Shown here piece by piece: positions 9,451-18,455 of a stretch of 64,000 nt of DNA. A program made the translations under genes and the position numbers. Positions within the stretch are counted from its first letter, which is position 1, and the number at the start of each line of letters is the position of its first letter. A model generated the notes under the pieces. That model was not told the DNA's origin. It ran no database searches and saw only the letters and a list, made by a program, of their open reading frames with translations. This DNA comes from an uncultured bacterium (lineage in GTDB: Bacteria > UBA8481), in NCBI GenBank assembly GCA_964499705.1, contig CAZCME010000010.1, positions 22,280-86,279 on the forward strand. Reading direction: 5' to 3'.

Positions 9451-10345
9451 AGGGGAAGATTCGACAGCGCAGCAGGGATTTAATGAGCAGCGCCATCTGA
9501 CGGGTTTTCGAGACTTTCGGACGTGACTTCAACACGTCGAATCCGAGGCGCTCGATCTCGTCGAGAATCCCGAGTCCTCCCAGGCGAAAGAGCTCCACGT
9601 CGACGCGGAAGCGGCCCTGGATCGTCGGCGTGAGCGCGGCGCCGCGGTCGAAAAACTCCCTCGCGCGCTCCACCTCGAATTTCATCAGGTCCAGGAAGGC
9701 CTTCGTCGACCTCGTCGACTGGATGACGTTTTCCGGCACGGCGAACCGGTCGAGATCCTCCTGGGGCAGGTAGATTCTTCCTTTCACGATATCGACCGAA
9801 ACATCCTGCCAGTGATTGGCGAGCTGAAGGCCGGTGCATGTCTCGTCGGACAGGCGCTGCCGTTCCGGGTCGCGGTATCCGAATAGATGGAGGAAGAGAT
9901 GTCCGACGGGATTGGCGGAATCGCGGCAATAGTGCAGGAGGTCGGTGAAGGTGGCATAGCGCGTCTGCGTCTGGTCGCGCTTGAACGCGCGTATGAGGTG
10001 ATGAAACGGGTCCGGAGGAATATCGAACCGGCGCACGGTTTCCGAAAGGGCGCGGAAAACCGGGTGACGGGCATTCCCCGAGTAGCAATCTCCTATCTCC
10101 CGCTCGAAATCCTCCAGCAGCCGCAGCGACAGGGCCGGGTCTCCGACTTCATCGCCCAGGTCATCCGCCCACCGGCAGAAGGCATACACGGCGTGAAGAT
10201 GCGGACGGATGTCGCGCGGCATCAGAAGTGAACCCACGATGAAATTTTCATAGTGGCTTGTCGCCAGGTCCGCGCAATACGCGAAGGCCTCTTCAGGCGT
10301 CCAGGCGCGGCCACGGAGCTCGTCGAGCTGGAGGTAGAGCTTCAA
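9443..10345 (-). CDS. Squalene/phytoene synthase family protein (HpnC/HpnD/CrtB-like); start codon uncertain
   Basis: Asp-rich motifs YAFCRWADDLGDE and LQLANHWQDVSVD. An SHYENF motif. There is no in-frame ATG/GTG after the M50 gene stop; the nearest candidate is a TTG at 10343-10345. The ORF-track extension to 11152 is a junk N-terminus overlapping the M50 gene. Confidence 0.7.
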   Translation of the reverse strand: MKLYLQLDELRGRAWTPEEAFAYCADLATSHYENFIVGSLLMPRDIRPHLHAVYAFCRWADDLGDEVGDPALSLRLLEDFEREIGDCYSGNARHPVFRALSETVRRFDIPPDPFHHLIRAFKRDQTQTRYATFTDLLHYCRDSANPVGHLFLHLFGYRDPERQRLSDETCTGLQLANHWQDVSVDIVKGRIYLPQEDLDRFAVPENVIQSTRSTKAFLDLMKFEVERAREFFDRGAALTPTIQGRFRVDVELFRLGGLGILDEIERLGFDVLKSRPKVSKTRQMALLIKSLLRCRIFPSM

Positions 10346-11007
10346 GGCGCCATGACCCAGAGCATTTCGAAGAACCGAACGGCGGGGATGATGACCCGAT
10401 CCCCCTGATGGAAGGCGAAGAGAAGAATGAGTATCCAGAAACCGTAAGGCTCCATGTCGTCCATGACCTGCCGGAGCTGGGGAGGGAGGAAATAATAGAG
10501 GACCCGGGAACCGTCGAGCGGAGGCAGAGGGATCGCGTTGAATATGCCGTAGATGATGCTCGTCTTGTAGACGGCGTACAGAAGGATCTCGATCGCCGTC
10601 GCCTTGCTCGCGTCGAGGAAGGGGTAGAGGTAGTGGACCGCGACGACATTCAAGCCCAGCAGAAGCAACGCCAGCGCGAAATTGGACAGGGGGCCGGCCG
10701 CCGCGACGATCGCGTGGTCGCGGCGCATCCGGCGGAAGCGGAGCGGATTGACGGGAACCCAGGCCATGCCCATGGGCACGCCCCGGGCCGCCGTCATGAC
10801 CGGGAGGATGACGCCGAGCATGACGGAATTGAATTCCGTCCAGTTGATGTGCTTGAGAGGATCGATTGTCCTCTTGCCGAGGAGATAGGCCGTGTCGTCT
10901 CCGCAGCGCCAGGCCGCCCACGCGTGCGCGCCCTCGTGAATGCCCATCTGGATGAACCAGGCGAGTATGAAGCTGAGGTGCAGGGAGGAGAACATGGGCA
11001 GCATCAT
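10342..11007 (-). CDS. Peptidase M50 (site-2 protease family) integral membrane zinc metalloprotease
   Basis: HEGAHAWAAW (HExxH within a TM helix) and NAIPLPPLDGSRV (the LDG motif). Multiple TM helices. 221 aa. Confidence 0.75.
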   Translation of the reverse strand: MMLPMFSSLHLSFILAWFIQMGIHEGAHAWAAWRCGDDTAYLLGKRTIDPLKHINWTEFNSVMLGVILPVMTAARGVPMGMAWVPVNPLRFRRMRRDHAIVAAAGPLSNFALALLLLGLNVVAVHYLYPFLDASKATAIEILLYAVYKTSIIYGIFNAIPLPPLDGSRVLYYFLPPQLRQVMDDMEPYGFWILILLFAFHQGDRVIIPAVRFFEMLWVMAP

Positions 11008-11054
11008 AACCAGATTCCGCGGAATTCGATATTCGGATTCCGCGAATTCCTGTT

Positions 11055-12692
11055 ATGATGTTTTCATTCATGCATTCGAGCGAGCGGGTTATGGAGGCGG
11101 ATTTCAGCCGGGATGAGACACGGCAGTTTCCCGCGCGAATGTCTTCGATCACGGAAGCGACGGCGTTTCTCGTGGAACTCGTCAGGCAGTCTCATGGAAC
11201 GCGGCTCGATGAGACCACCTATTTCGATCTCCGCCTGGCCGTGACCGAGTCCCTGGCGAATATCGTGGAACACAGTTACGGAAACGAACCCGATCACACG
11301 GTCCGGATGAACGTCCGCATCCGCGAAGGGCGGGTGGAAATTCTCTTCACGGACCTGGGCCGGAGACCGGACCCGTCCCGCCTGAAGTCGCGCAATCTTG
11401 GAGAATATCGCGAGCGCGGTCTGGGTCTTTTTCTCATATCGAAATGCATGGACATGCTCCATTACTCCTTCGGCCGCGACGGCGTCAACACCCTGCGCAT
11501 GTACCGTGAACTTTCGCCGGGATCGCGGAGGCAGCCGCGGGAATCTCATCATCGCTCCTTCCATGCGGCGACTTTCGAGCATGAGGATGGGGGAAGAACG
11601 ATCTGTCTCTTCGGCTCCTTCGACGCCCTTCGTCCCGATCCGTTGCCGGCGGTCGTGGACGGGCCCGGGGCCCGTGTCATCCTCGACCTTTCGCTTCTCG
11701 ATGCCATCGATTTGCCGGGAGCCCAATCCGTCCACGAGTTCATCCGGCGGGAGAAGGAGGCGGGGGCGAACGTGGAACTGATTCCGCCCTCGGCCTCGGT
11801 CTGCGGCACGATCCGCAGGATCATCCCGGATTTTTTCTGGGCCTGTGTCGCTCCGGCCGCCGTCGAAACCGATCCCGACGGTTCGCCTCTGAAAGTCCCG
11901 GGTGCGCCTTCCGTCTCCGGGATCTCCGGCACACGGACGGCTGAGGCGCGCCACGAAGGCCGGCTTATCCCTCTCTTCAGATCAAGGCGACTCTCGGATC
12001 CGACGATTCCGGCGGATCGTGAGAAAGTCAGGAGCGCGTTGTGCAGAAGTTTTCTGTCGCGTGGCCGTATTTCCGCTAATGCGGCGGTCGTCTGGGGGAC
12101 GTCGGGCGGTTCGTATTTCGCGAGCATGATGGAGGATCCGGAATACGAGGACGGGGTCCTTATATTCCTCGGGTGTTCCACGCTTCAGGGATGGGAGGCT
12201 GTGCAGACATCGAGCCGATTGTATGCGGCTCTCGGCTGCTGGCCGGATCTGCGCAGGGAAGACGCGACGCTCCATTCGATCGAGGCCTTTGTCGCGCGCC
12301 TTTCTTCGGTGATGCGTGATCTGCTTCCGCATGCATCGGCCGCGTCGGAGTCCGGCTTGCTGCATGCCGCCGCGATCCGCATCACGCCGGACCGGGTCCG
12401 CGTCCTGACCGGAACCGGCATCGTCCTGGCCTCGGTCGGCTCCCTTCATCTGCGGTCGGTTCCCATCGGAGCGTCTGAAAGTTTTCCATCCGAAACCTTT
12501 GACCTGGATCCGCGGCTGGCGCATGCGGAAGCTCCTGGCGCCGACCTTCGGATTCTTCTCGGCCGTGTCGGAGCGGAGCAGGAAGGATCCTGGACCAATA
12601 ACTCTTTCGATTCGATCCAGGCACGACTGGCCGCAGAGCCGGAGCCGGCTGCTGATAAGGGCGTTCTTGACGTCCGAATTCTACCGGCGTAA
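11055..12692 (+). CDS. Partner-switching fusion protein: RsbW-like anti-sigma kinase (HATPase_c) + STAS domain + uncharacterised C-terminal domain
   Basis: N-terminal TESLANIVEHSY...GLGLFLI matches the anti-sigma regulatory factor kinase family. A central region (ICLFGSFDALRPDPLPAVVDGPGARVILDLSLLDAIDLPGAQSV) resembles STAS/anti-sigma-antagonist. The C-terminal roughly 250 aa are unassigned. The start may be ATG 11091. Confidence 0.55.
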   Translation: MMFSFMHSSERVMEADFSRDETRQFPARMSSITEATAFLVELVRQSHGTRLDETTYFDLRLAVTESLANIVEHSYGNEPDHTVRMNVRIREGRVEILFTDLGRRPDPSRLKSRNLGEYRERGLGLFLISKCMDMLHYSFGRDGVNTLRMYRELSPGSRRQPRESHHRSFHAATFEHEDGGRTICLFGSFDALRPDPLPAVVDGPGARVILDLSLLDAIDLPGAQSVHEFIRREKEAGANVELIPPSASVCGTIRRIIPDFFWACVAPAAVETDPDGSPLKVPGAPSVSGISGTRTAEARHEGRLIPLFRSRRLSDPTIPADREKVRSALCRSFLSRGRISANAAVVWGTSGGSYFASMMEDPEYEDGVLIFLGCSTLQGWEAVQTSSRLYAALGCWPDLRREDATLHSIEAFVARLSSVMRDLLPHASAASESGLLHAAAIRITPDRVRVLTGTGIVLASVGSLHLRSVPIGASESFPSETFDLDPRLAHAEAPGADLRILLGRVGAEQEGSWTNNSFDSIQARLAAEPEPAADKGVLDVRILPA

Positions 12693-12718
12693 TTTGATCG
12701 CATGACGACGGTTCCATC

Positions 12719-13024
12719 ATGAAGCTGGGCCGGGTGATCGGAAGCGTGACGGCGACCCGCAAGAGCCCGCGGCTCGAGGGTTTCAAGCTCCTCGTCGTGC
12801 GCGGCGTTAAACCCGACGGCACACTGGAAAAAGATTACCTGATCGCCGTGGACGCGGTCGGCGCGGGCGCGGGGGAATCCGTCCTGACCGTGGCCGGATC
12901 GTCCGCGCGCGAAGATGAAAAGACGAAGAAAGCCGCGACGGACACCACCATTGTCGCGATCATCGACGATCTGCAGTTATTGGTCGGCGATCGCCAGCCA
13001 TCCAGTCTGAAGCGAACGGCTTAG
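12719..13024 (+). CDS. BMC vertex protein, EutN/CcmL/PduN family (BMC-P), paralog 1
   Basis: MKLGRVIGSVTATRK...LLVV...YLIAVDAVGAGAGESVLTVAGSSAR aligns closely with the E. coli EutN pattern MKLAVVTGQIV...AVAIDNIGAGTGEWVLLVSGSSAR. Confidence 0.85.
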   Translation: MKLGRVIGSVTATRKSPRLEGFKLLVVRGVKPDGTLEKDYLIAVDAVGAGAGESVLTVAGSSAREDEKTKKAATDTTIVAIIDDLQLLVGDRQPSSLKRTA

Positions 13025-13031
13025 CCGGCCC

Positions 13032-13358
13032 ATGTTCATCGCCAGGGTTGCGGGCCGTGTCTGGGCGACGGCCAAGAACGAGAATTACAACGGCGTTCCT
13101 TTGCTGATCGTCCAACCGCTCGACGAAATGCTCGCGCCATCCGGCGAGCCTGAAATCGCGGTGGATGCTATCGGAATGGGCGAAGGCGAACTGGTCTGGG
13201 TGGAAGGGGGCAAGGAAGCGTCTTATGCTCTGCCCGCGAGATACGGCCCGAGCGATTCATCCATCGTCGCCAAGATCGACAGCCTTGATCTGGCGCTCTC
13301 GGCTCCGCTGGACCGCCCAGTCAGGATCGTCGGCGAGCGCGGAGGAAATACCCGGTGA
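13032..13358 (+). CDS. BMC vertex protein, EutN/CcmL/PduN family (BMC-P), paralog 2
   Basis: MFIARVAGRVWATAK...PLLIVQPLD...IAVDAIGMGEGELVWVEGG...SSIVAKIDSLD carries the same fold signature. It starts 8 nt after paralog 1. Confidence 0.85.
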   Translation: MFIARVAGRVWATAKNENYNGVPLLIVQPLDEMLAPSGEPEIAVDAIGMGEGELVWVEGGKEASYALPARYGPSDSSIVAKIDSLDLALSAPLDRPVRIVGERGGNTR

Positions 13359-13633
13359 AGCTGGCGCTCGTGCTGGGCAAGGCCGTCTCCACTCACAAGC
13401 TGGATACCTTCGACCGGATGAAGACGCTCATTTGTCAGCCGCTCGATCTGGACCTTCGGCCATCGGGTCGTTCGCTCATCGCGATCGACTCCGTGGGCGC
13501 GGGCGAAGGAGAAGTCGTCCTGGTGATTCAGGAGGGGCGCAGCGCCCGCGATTTCACGGGCAACCCCACCGCCGCGACACGCACCATGATCGTCGGCATT
13601 GTCGACGGGATTGACATTGATCATAGTCCTTAA
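13355..13633 (+). CDS. BMC vertex protein, EutN/CcmL/PduN family (BMC-P), paralog 3
   Basis: The GTG start at 13355 overlaps paralog 2's stop (GTGA), with GGAGG 9 nt upstream. [15 protein letters not shown]...[24 protein letters not shown]...[12 protein letters not shown]. Confidence 0.85.
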   Translation: MKLALVLGKAVSTHKLDTFDRMKTLICQPLDLDLRPSGRSLIAIDSVGAGEGEVVLVIQEGRSARDFTGNPTAATRTMIVGIVDGIDIDHSP

Positions 13634-14636
13634 ACCGGGGCACACCGCGGGGGATCGGACCGCTGTCGAAGAGATCATCACGGGGCACGGATACAAACCC
13701 GTTGCGATCGTCGGTGAACTGCGCACCGTGATCGCCGCCGTCGGCGACGGCGACAAGGAAATCCTGTTCCAATGCCAGACTTTGCCGGGTGTCGAAAATG
13801 TGATGCGCGTCATGGCGCCATACAAGCTCGTGGCGCGCCTCGAGGGCCATCCCCGCATTCCCGTGAAAGTCGGCAACGTGGAGATCGGAGGGTCGACGAT
13901 TGTCGTCATGGCGGGACCGTGTTCCGTGGAGACGGAGGATTCGCTGGCGGCCATCGCCGATGCGGTGGCCGCCGCGGGCGCGCGCATCCTGCGCGGCGGC
14001 GCATTCAAGCCGAGGACATCGCCGTACGCGTTCCAGGGGCACGGAGAGAAAGCGCTCAAGATGCTGAGGCGCGTTGCGGATGCGTCGGGCCTGAAGGTCG
14101 TCACGGAGGTCATGGCGGTCGAAACGCTGGACCTCGTGGCGGAACACGCGGATATTCTGCAGATCGGCGCCCGCAACATGCAGAATTACCCGCTTCTTCT
14201 GGCGGCCGGCAGGACCCGCAAGCCCGTGCTGCTGAAAAGGGGCATGTCGTCCACGATCGAGGAATTCCTGATGGCGGCGGAATATGTCTGTTCGGAGGGA
14301 AATCCCGCGGTGCTCCTGTGCGAACGCGGCATTCGCACATTTGAAACCGCGACACGCTTCACGCTCGACATCAACGCCATACCGCTGCTGCAGAAACTGT
14401 CGCATCTGCCCGTGATCGTCGATCCCAGCCACGGTTGCGGCCGATGGGACCTCGTGGCTCCGGCTTCGCGCGCGGCTGTTGCAGCGGGAGCGGACGGCCT
14501 TATAATGGAGGTCCATGACCAGCCGGAACGGGCGGCCAGCGACGGATTCCAGTCTCTGAAGCCGGCTCGTTTTCATGCTTGCATGGACGAACTCCGGCGG
14601 ATCGCGGCGGCGATTGGAAAAAGCCTGGATGCCTGA
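13617..14636 (+). CDS. aroF: 3-deoxy-7-phosphoheptulonate (DAHP) synthase, type I-beta, with an N-terminal ferredoxin-like regulatory domain
   Basis: [18 protein letters not shown], plus VIVDPSHG...RW...EVH, are signatures of the KDO8P/DAHP synthase family. The N-terminus IIVLKPG resembles Thermotoga-type DAHPS. The start is TTG 13617 or TTG 13599 and overlaps the end of BMC-P3. Confidence 0.8.
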   Translation: MIIVLKPGHTAGDRTAVEEIITGHGYKPVAIVGELRTVIAAVGDGDKEILFQCQTLPGVENVMRVMAPYKLVARLEGHPRIPVKVGNVEIGGSTIVVMAGPCSVETEDSLAAIADAVAAAGARILRGGAFKPRTSPYAFQGHGEKALKMLRRVADASGLKVVTEVMAVETLDLVAEHADILQIGARNMQNYPLLLAAGRTRKPVLLKRGMSSTIEEFLMAAEYVCSEGNPAVLLCERGIRTFETATRFTLDINAIPLLQKLSHLPVIVDPSHGCGRWDLVAPASRAAVAAGADGLIMEVHDQPERAASDGFQSLKPARFHACMDELRRIAAAIGKSLDA

Positions 14637-14658
14637 ACGGGAAGGAACGCGGAAATTG

Positions 14659-16107
14659 ATGAAGAGGAGCGACCACATGAAATCGCGGAATCGATGCTGC
14701 GACCTGAACCCGTTTCCAGCCCTGGCATGCCTGATGCTCGTCGTGCTGTCCGCTCCTTCGCGCGCTTTCATCGGGCCGTCACCGGAACTGAACGCGCATG
14801 ACAAGGAAATCGCGCTTGAGATCGGCACGGGAACGCGGGATGTCGAGTTCAGCGGCACCGTGGGAGGATCGGTCATCCAGCTGGCCGAGCTCAAGATGGC
14901 GCAGACGTCGTACGATCTGCGTTTGTCCTACGGGCTGTCCCGCAACTTCACGCCTTATGCCCTGATCGGCATCGCCAAGGCCAATCTCGGCCTCATCAAT
15001 CTGTCCGCCGGTGGGGTGTCTCAGGGAGCCTTGAACATGAACGGGGAGCACGGGCTCATGTGGGGCGTCGGCGCCGAATACCAGCTGAGTCCGTCGTCGT
15101 TCGCTCCGGACCTCGCGATCGGCGTCTCCGGCGAATACCGTACGTCCACATCCGACATCAATGCCGGCGAGATTCAGCTGGACGAATTCCGCATGGCTCT
15201 GAAGGGATCCGGGAAATTCGACAAGGCGACGTTGTATGGTGGAATTCTCTATTCGAGTCTCAACGGGAATTACGCGGGCAACACGACGGCCGGAGTCAGG
15301 ACTGCCGGCCCGCTCGATTCCAAGAATAACATTGGTGTATTCGCGGGAGCCGATTATGCCTTCACGGAGAAGATCAACGGCCGGATGGAATTGGAACTCC
15401 TGACGGCATTCCAATTCAACCTGAGCATCGCCTACAAGATCGGCGGCCCGTGGCTGAATCGCGAGCGAACGGTCGCGGCGCCTCCCCCCGAGCCGGCTCA
15501 GCCCATGGCGCGCCGCAGGGAACCGGCGGCGGCGCGAGCGGAGGCGGCACCCGCGAATGAAGTGCGCGCGTGGACGCCGGAGGGCCGGGAAGTGCCCGTC
15601 GCCGAACCGCAGGCTCCTGCGCCGGTTCGGCGCGTGAAACCGGCCACGCCGCCGCCGGAAGTCACCACGGCTCCATTGCCCCCGGCATCGACGAGGGAAG
15701 TGCGGGCTACGCGGGACCGACCGTCGGATGCCGAGGAGCGCCGGGAGTTCACGGAAAAGTCTGCCGAGGAACTGGTGAAGATCGGCAGCGAATTGACGGA
15801 ATTGGGACGATACGACGAGGCGATTTCCCATTTCCGCCGCGCCGTGACCGCCGATCCCGGCAATTTCCGCGCGCGCTACAATCTAGCGACCGCGCAGTAT
15901 CTGAACCGCGATTTCGCCGCGGCGAAAGTTTCCTACGAGGAATCCATCAAGCTGATGCCGCGCGATGAGGAATCCCATCTCTTCCTGGGATTCTGTTATT
16001 ATCGGATGGGCCAGTTTGACGGCGCTGTTCGAGCCTGGCAGCGGGTTCTGGAGCTCAATCCGGAAAACGCGGTCGCGCTGAATAATCTGCAGGCGATGGG
16101 AAGATAA
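14659..16107 (+). CDS. Secreted protein: N-terminal OMP-like beta domain, Pro/Ala-rich linker, C-terminal TPR repeats
   Basis: Signal peptide MKSRNRCCDLNPFPALACLMLVVLSAPSRA. Alternating beta-strand pattern. A low-complexity PA-rich linker at about 15480-15700. TPR-like C-terminus (YNLATAQYLNRDFAAAKVSYEESIKL...). Confidence 0.5.
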   Translation: MKRSDHMKSRNRCCDLNPFPALACLMLVVLSAPSRAFIGPSPELNAHDKEIALEIGTGTRDVEFSGTVGGSVIQLAELKMAQTSYDLRLSYGLSRNFTPYALIGIAKANLGLINLSAGGVSQGALNMNGEHGLMWGVGAEYQLSPSSFAPDLAIGVSGEYRTSTSDINAGEIQLDEFRMALKGSGKFDKATLYGGILYSSLNGNYAGNTTAGVRTAGPLDSKNNIGVFAGADYAFTEKINGRMELELLTAFQFNLSIAYKIGGPWLNRERTVAAPPPEPAQPMARRREPAAARAEAAPANEVRAWTPEGREVPVAEPQAPAPVRRVKPATPPPEVTTAPLPPASTREVRATRDRPSDAEERREFTEKSAEELVKIGSELTELGRYDEAISHFRRAVTADPGNFRARYNLATAQYLNRDFAAAKVSYEESIKLMPRDEESHLFLGFCYYRMGQFDGAVRAWQRVLELNPENAVALNNLQAMGR

Positions 16108-16122
16108 GAAGGAGGGCTGAAC

Positions 16123-17460
16123 ATGTCACTGATGGAAAAAATGAGCGCCTTGAGAGGCGGAGGCGAGGCGGAGCAGAAGAAGGTCGATCTGCATGAAAAA
16201 ATCACGGATGCCATCGCACCGACGCTCGATGTGGATCTGCTGCGTTCTCCCGACCAGGCGAATCGCGACAGGATCATCCGCGAGAAAATCACCGAGGCCG
16301 CGCTCCAGATCACGACCCAGGAAGGAATCAATCTTTCCAAGCAGCAGTTCGAGTCGCTTGTTTCCGACGTGCTCGCCGGCATCGTCGGATTTGGCCCTCT
16401 GGAAAGGTTGCTGCGCGACAAGGAGATCAGCGAAATCATGACGAAGGGCGCCAAGTGCATCTTCGTCGAAAAGAAGGGTAAGGTCGTGAAGTCCGAAGTT
16501 ACGTTCAAGGACGAGGCGGAACTCCGCGACATCGTCGAGCGGATCATGAAGCCGCTTGGCCGCGTATGCGACGACCAGGTGCCCTACCAGGACGCGCGCC
16601 TCCCGGATGGCTCCCGCGTCAATGTCGTTATCCCCCCGCTGGCGATCGACGGCACGGCCCTGACCATTCGCAAGTTTTCGAAGAATCGACTGACGCACCA
16701 CGATCTCATCAAGTTCGGCGCGATGACGCCCGAGATGGCGGAGTTCCTCCGCGCCTGCGTCGAGGTCAGGTTGAATATCATCGTCTCCGGCGGTACCGGT
16801 TCCGGCAAGACGACGCTCCTGAATGTATTGTCCTCTTTCATTCCGGAGGACGAACGGACGGTGACGATCGAGGACGCCGCCGAGCTTTCTTTCGCGCAGG
16901 AGCATGTGATCCGGTTGGAGACGCGTCCCGCGGACTTCGAGGGCAAAGGCGCCATCACGATCCGCGACATGGTCAAGAACGCGCTCCGCATGCGCCCCGA
17001 CAGGATCGTCATCGGAGAGTGCCGCGGTCCGGAAGCCTTCGACATGCTGCAGGCGATGAACACCGGCCATGACGGTTCCATGTCGACGCTCCACTCCAAC
17101 GCGCCCCAGGACGCCATAGGCCGCATCGAAACGCTCGTGATGATGGCCGGATACGATCTCCCCGTGAAGGCAATCCGCAAGCAGATCTCCAGCGCCGTCA
17201 ACCTGATCATCCAGCAGTCGCGACTCGTCGATGGATCGAGGAAGGTCACGTACATCACGGAGGTCCAGGGGATGGAGGGAGAATCGATTCTCATGCAGGA
17301 TATTTTCATATTCGAGCAGGAGGGCATGGGCCCTGACGGCAAGCTCATCGGGAAACTGAAACCCACCGGACTCGTGCCGAAATTCTACGAGCGATTCAAG
17401 GCGGAAGGAGTCGCCATCGACCAGTCCATCTTCCATACGCCGGCCGACGGAAAAAAATAA
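16123..17460 (+). CDS. cpaF: CpaF/TadA-type secretion ATPase (type II/IV secretion NTPase, Flp pilus assembly)
   Basis: Walker A SGGTGSGKTTLLN. Asp box, and GECRGPEAFDMLQAMNTGHDGSMSTLH (His box). 445 aa. Confidence 0.85.
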   Translation: MSLMEKMSALRGGGEAEQKKVDLHEKITDAIAPTLDVDLLRSPDQANRDRIIREKITEAALQITTQEGINLSKQQFESLVSDVLAGIVGFGPLERLLRDKEISEIMTKGAKCIFVEKKGKVVKSEVTFKDEAELRDIVERIMKPLGRVCDDQVPYQDARLPDGSRVNVVIPPLAIDGTALTIRKFSKNRLTHHDLIKFGAMTPEMAEFLRACVEVRLNIIVSGGTGSGKTTLLNVLSSFIPEDERTVTIEDAAELSFAQEHVIRLETRPADFEGKGAITIRDMVKNALRMRPDRIVIGECRGPEAFDMLQAMNTGHDGSMSTLHSNAPQDAIGRIETLVMMAGYDLPVKAIRKQISSAVNLIIQQSRLVDGSRKVTYITEVQGMEGESILMQDIFIFEQEGMGPDGKLIGKLKPTGLVPKFYERFKAEGVAIDQSIFHTPADGKK

Positions 17461-17517
17461 TGTCCGGCTCCCCGCTCCGCGGAATCACAGACTTCTTCGC
17501 ACGCTCCGGATAGCGAT

Positions 17518-17922
17518 TTGTCCGCGCGCCGCCCCCTTTTCTTTATTGTAATCGTCGTCTTGACCATTGGAGTCCTGTTCGAGGCGATGATGTTGCCGGA
17601 GGAGGAAACATGGTCGGTCACGTTGGAACGCGAATCGCGACGCGTGAAGGACAAGGAAGTCGTGGATCTGCAGCCGGGCCTTTCGGACCAGGAAAAGAAG
17701 GCGGAGTTGCGGAAAGCGGCCCGCGCCCAGTGGGATCTTGCCGAATGGCATTACGCCCGCGGAGACTATGACACCGCTGAAAAGGAATACCTGAGATACA
17801 TCAATGAATTTCCATACATGGACCTCGATTACGGATATCGGACCGATGACGCCCGGAACCGCCTGAATGAGATCCGGGCCTTTCGCGCCAGGGAGCAGCA
17901 AGGGACGTATCCGGGCCCGTGA
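17518..17922 (+). CDS. Hypothetical membrane-anchored protein
   Basis: One N-terminal TM (LFFIVIVVLTIGVLF) followed by a charged helical region. No recognisable domain. Confidence 0.4.
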   Translation: MSARRPLFFIVIVVLTIGVLFEAMMLPEEETWSVTLERESRRVKDKEVVDLQPGLSDQEKKAELRKAARAQWDLAEWHYARGDYDTAEKEYLRYINEFPYMDLDYGYRTDDARNRLNEIRAFRAREQQGTYPGP

Positions 17923-18455
17923 ACATATCGGAACATGTCAAGACCTGGACGGGCCAGATCAGGACACAGGGCTGCGATGCCCTGTGGCACAGGCTGTCCG
18001 ACGAGGAGCGGGAGGAATTCGAGATCTTCGGGCGGAAGATGGATGAGGCTCTGTCGATGGAGCTCGATCATCATTGGCAGAACGCCGCGGACCGGTACAA
18101 GTTCATCGCGGAGGAATTCCCGGCCTTCTCTGACATCGCGATCGCCCGGGCCAGCCACATCATCACCGAGAAGATCAATCGCGCCATCCGATATTACAAC
18201 CAGGGCGTGCGAAGCGTGGAAACGCGCCAATACAACAAAGCGCTCCAGTATTTCGACCTCGCCTTGAATGTGGACAGGAACATGGAGAATGCCATGTACA
18301 ATCTCGGCATGACCCACAAGATCGTTTACATTTCGGAGCCCGGCAAGAATCCGCTCGCGAAAATATCCGCGATCGATACGTTCAAGTCGCTCCTGAAGAA
18401 AAATCCCCGCCATGCGAAGGCCGCGGCCCAGATCGAGCAGCTGAAAGGGCTTTGA
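17919..18455 (+). CDS. TPR-like repeat protein
   Basis: Start overlaps the upstream stop. YYNQGVRSVETRQYNKALQYFDLALNVDRNMENAMYNLGMTH is TPR-like. Confidence 0.45.
   Translation: MNISEHVKTWTGQIRTQGCDALWHRLSDEEREEFEIFGRKMDEALSMELDHHWQNAADRYKFIAEEFPAFSDIAIARASHIITEKINRAIRYYNQGVRSVETRQYNKALQYFDLALNVDRNMENAMYNLGMTHKIVYISEPGKNPLAKISAIDTFKSLLKKNPRHAKAAAQIEQLKGL

Noticed and set aside
10346-11152. N-terminal 269 residues of the 569-aa ORF 9443..11152
   Set aside because: They overlap the M50 protease gene in another frame and are Arg/Pro/His-rich. Only the C-terminal roughly 300 aa match the squalene/phytoene synthase family.
12446-12703. Small ORFs near the BMC-P genes as possible BMC-H shell proteins
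   Set aside because: Their translations are Arg/Ser-rich and lack the BMC-H (Pfam00936) signature. No BMC-H candidate is present.
13223-14894. Minus-strand ORFs of 318 and 446 aa
   Set aside because: Antisense to the BMC-P genes and the DAHP synthase. No motifs.
16126-17436. 436-aa minus-strand ORF
   Set aside because: Antisense to the CpaF ATPase, which has unambiguous Walker and His-box motifs.
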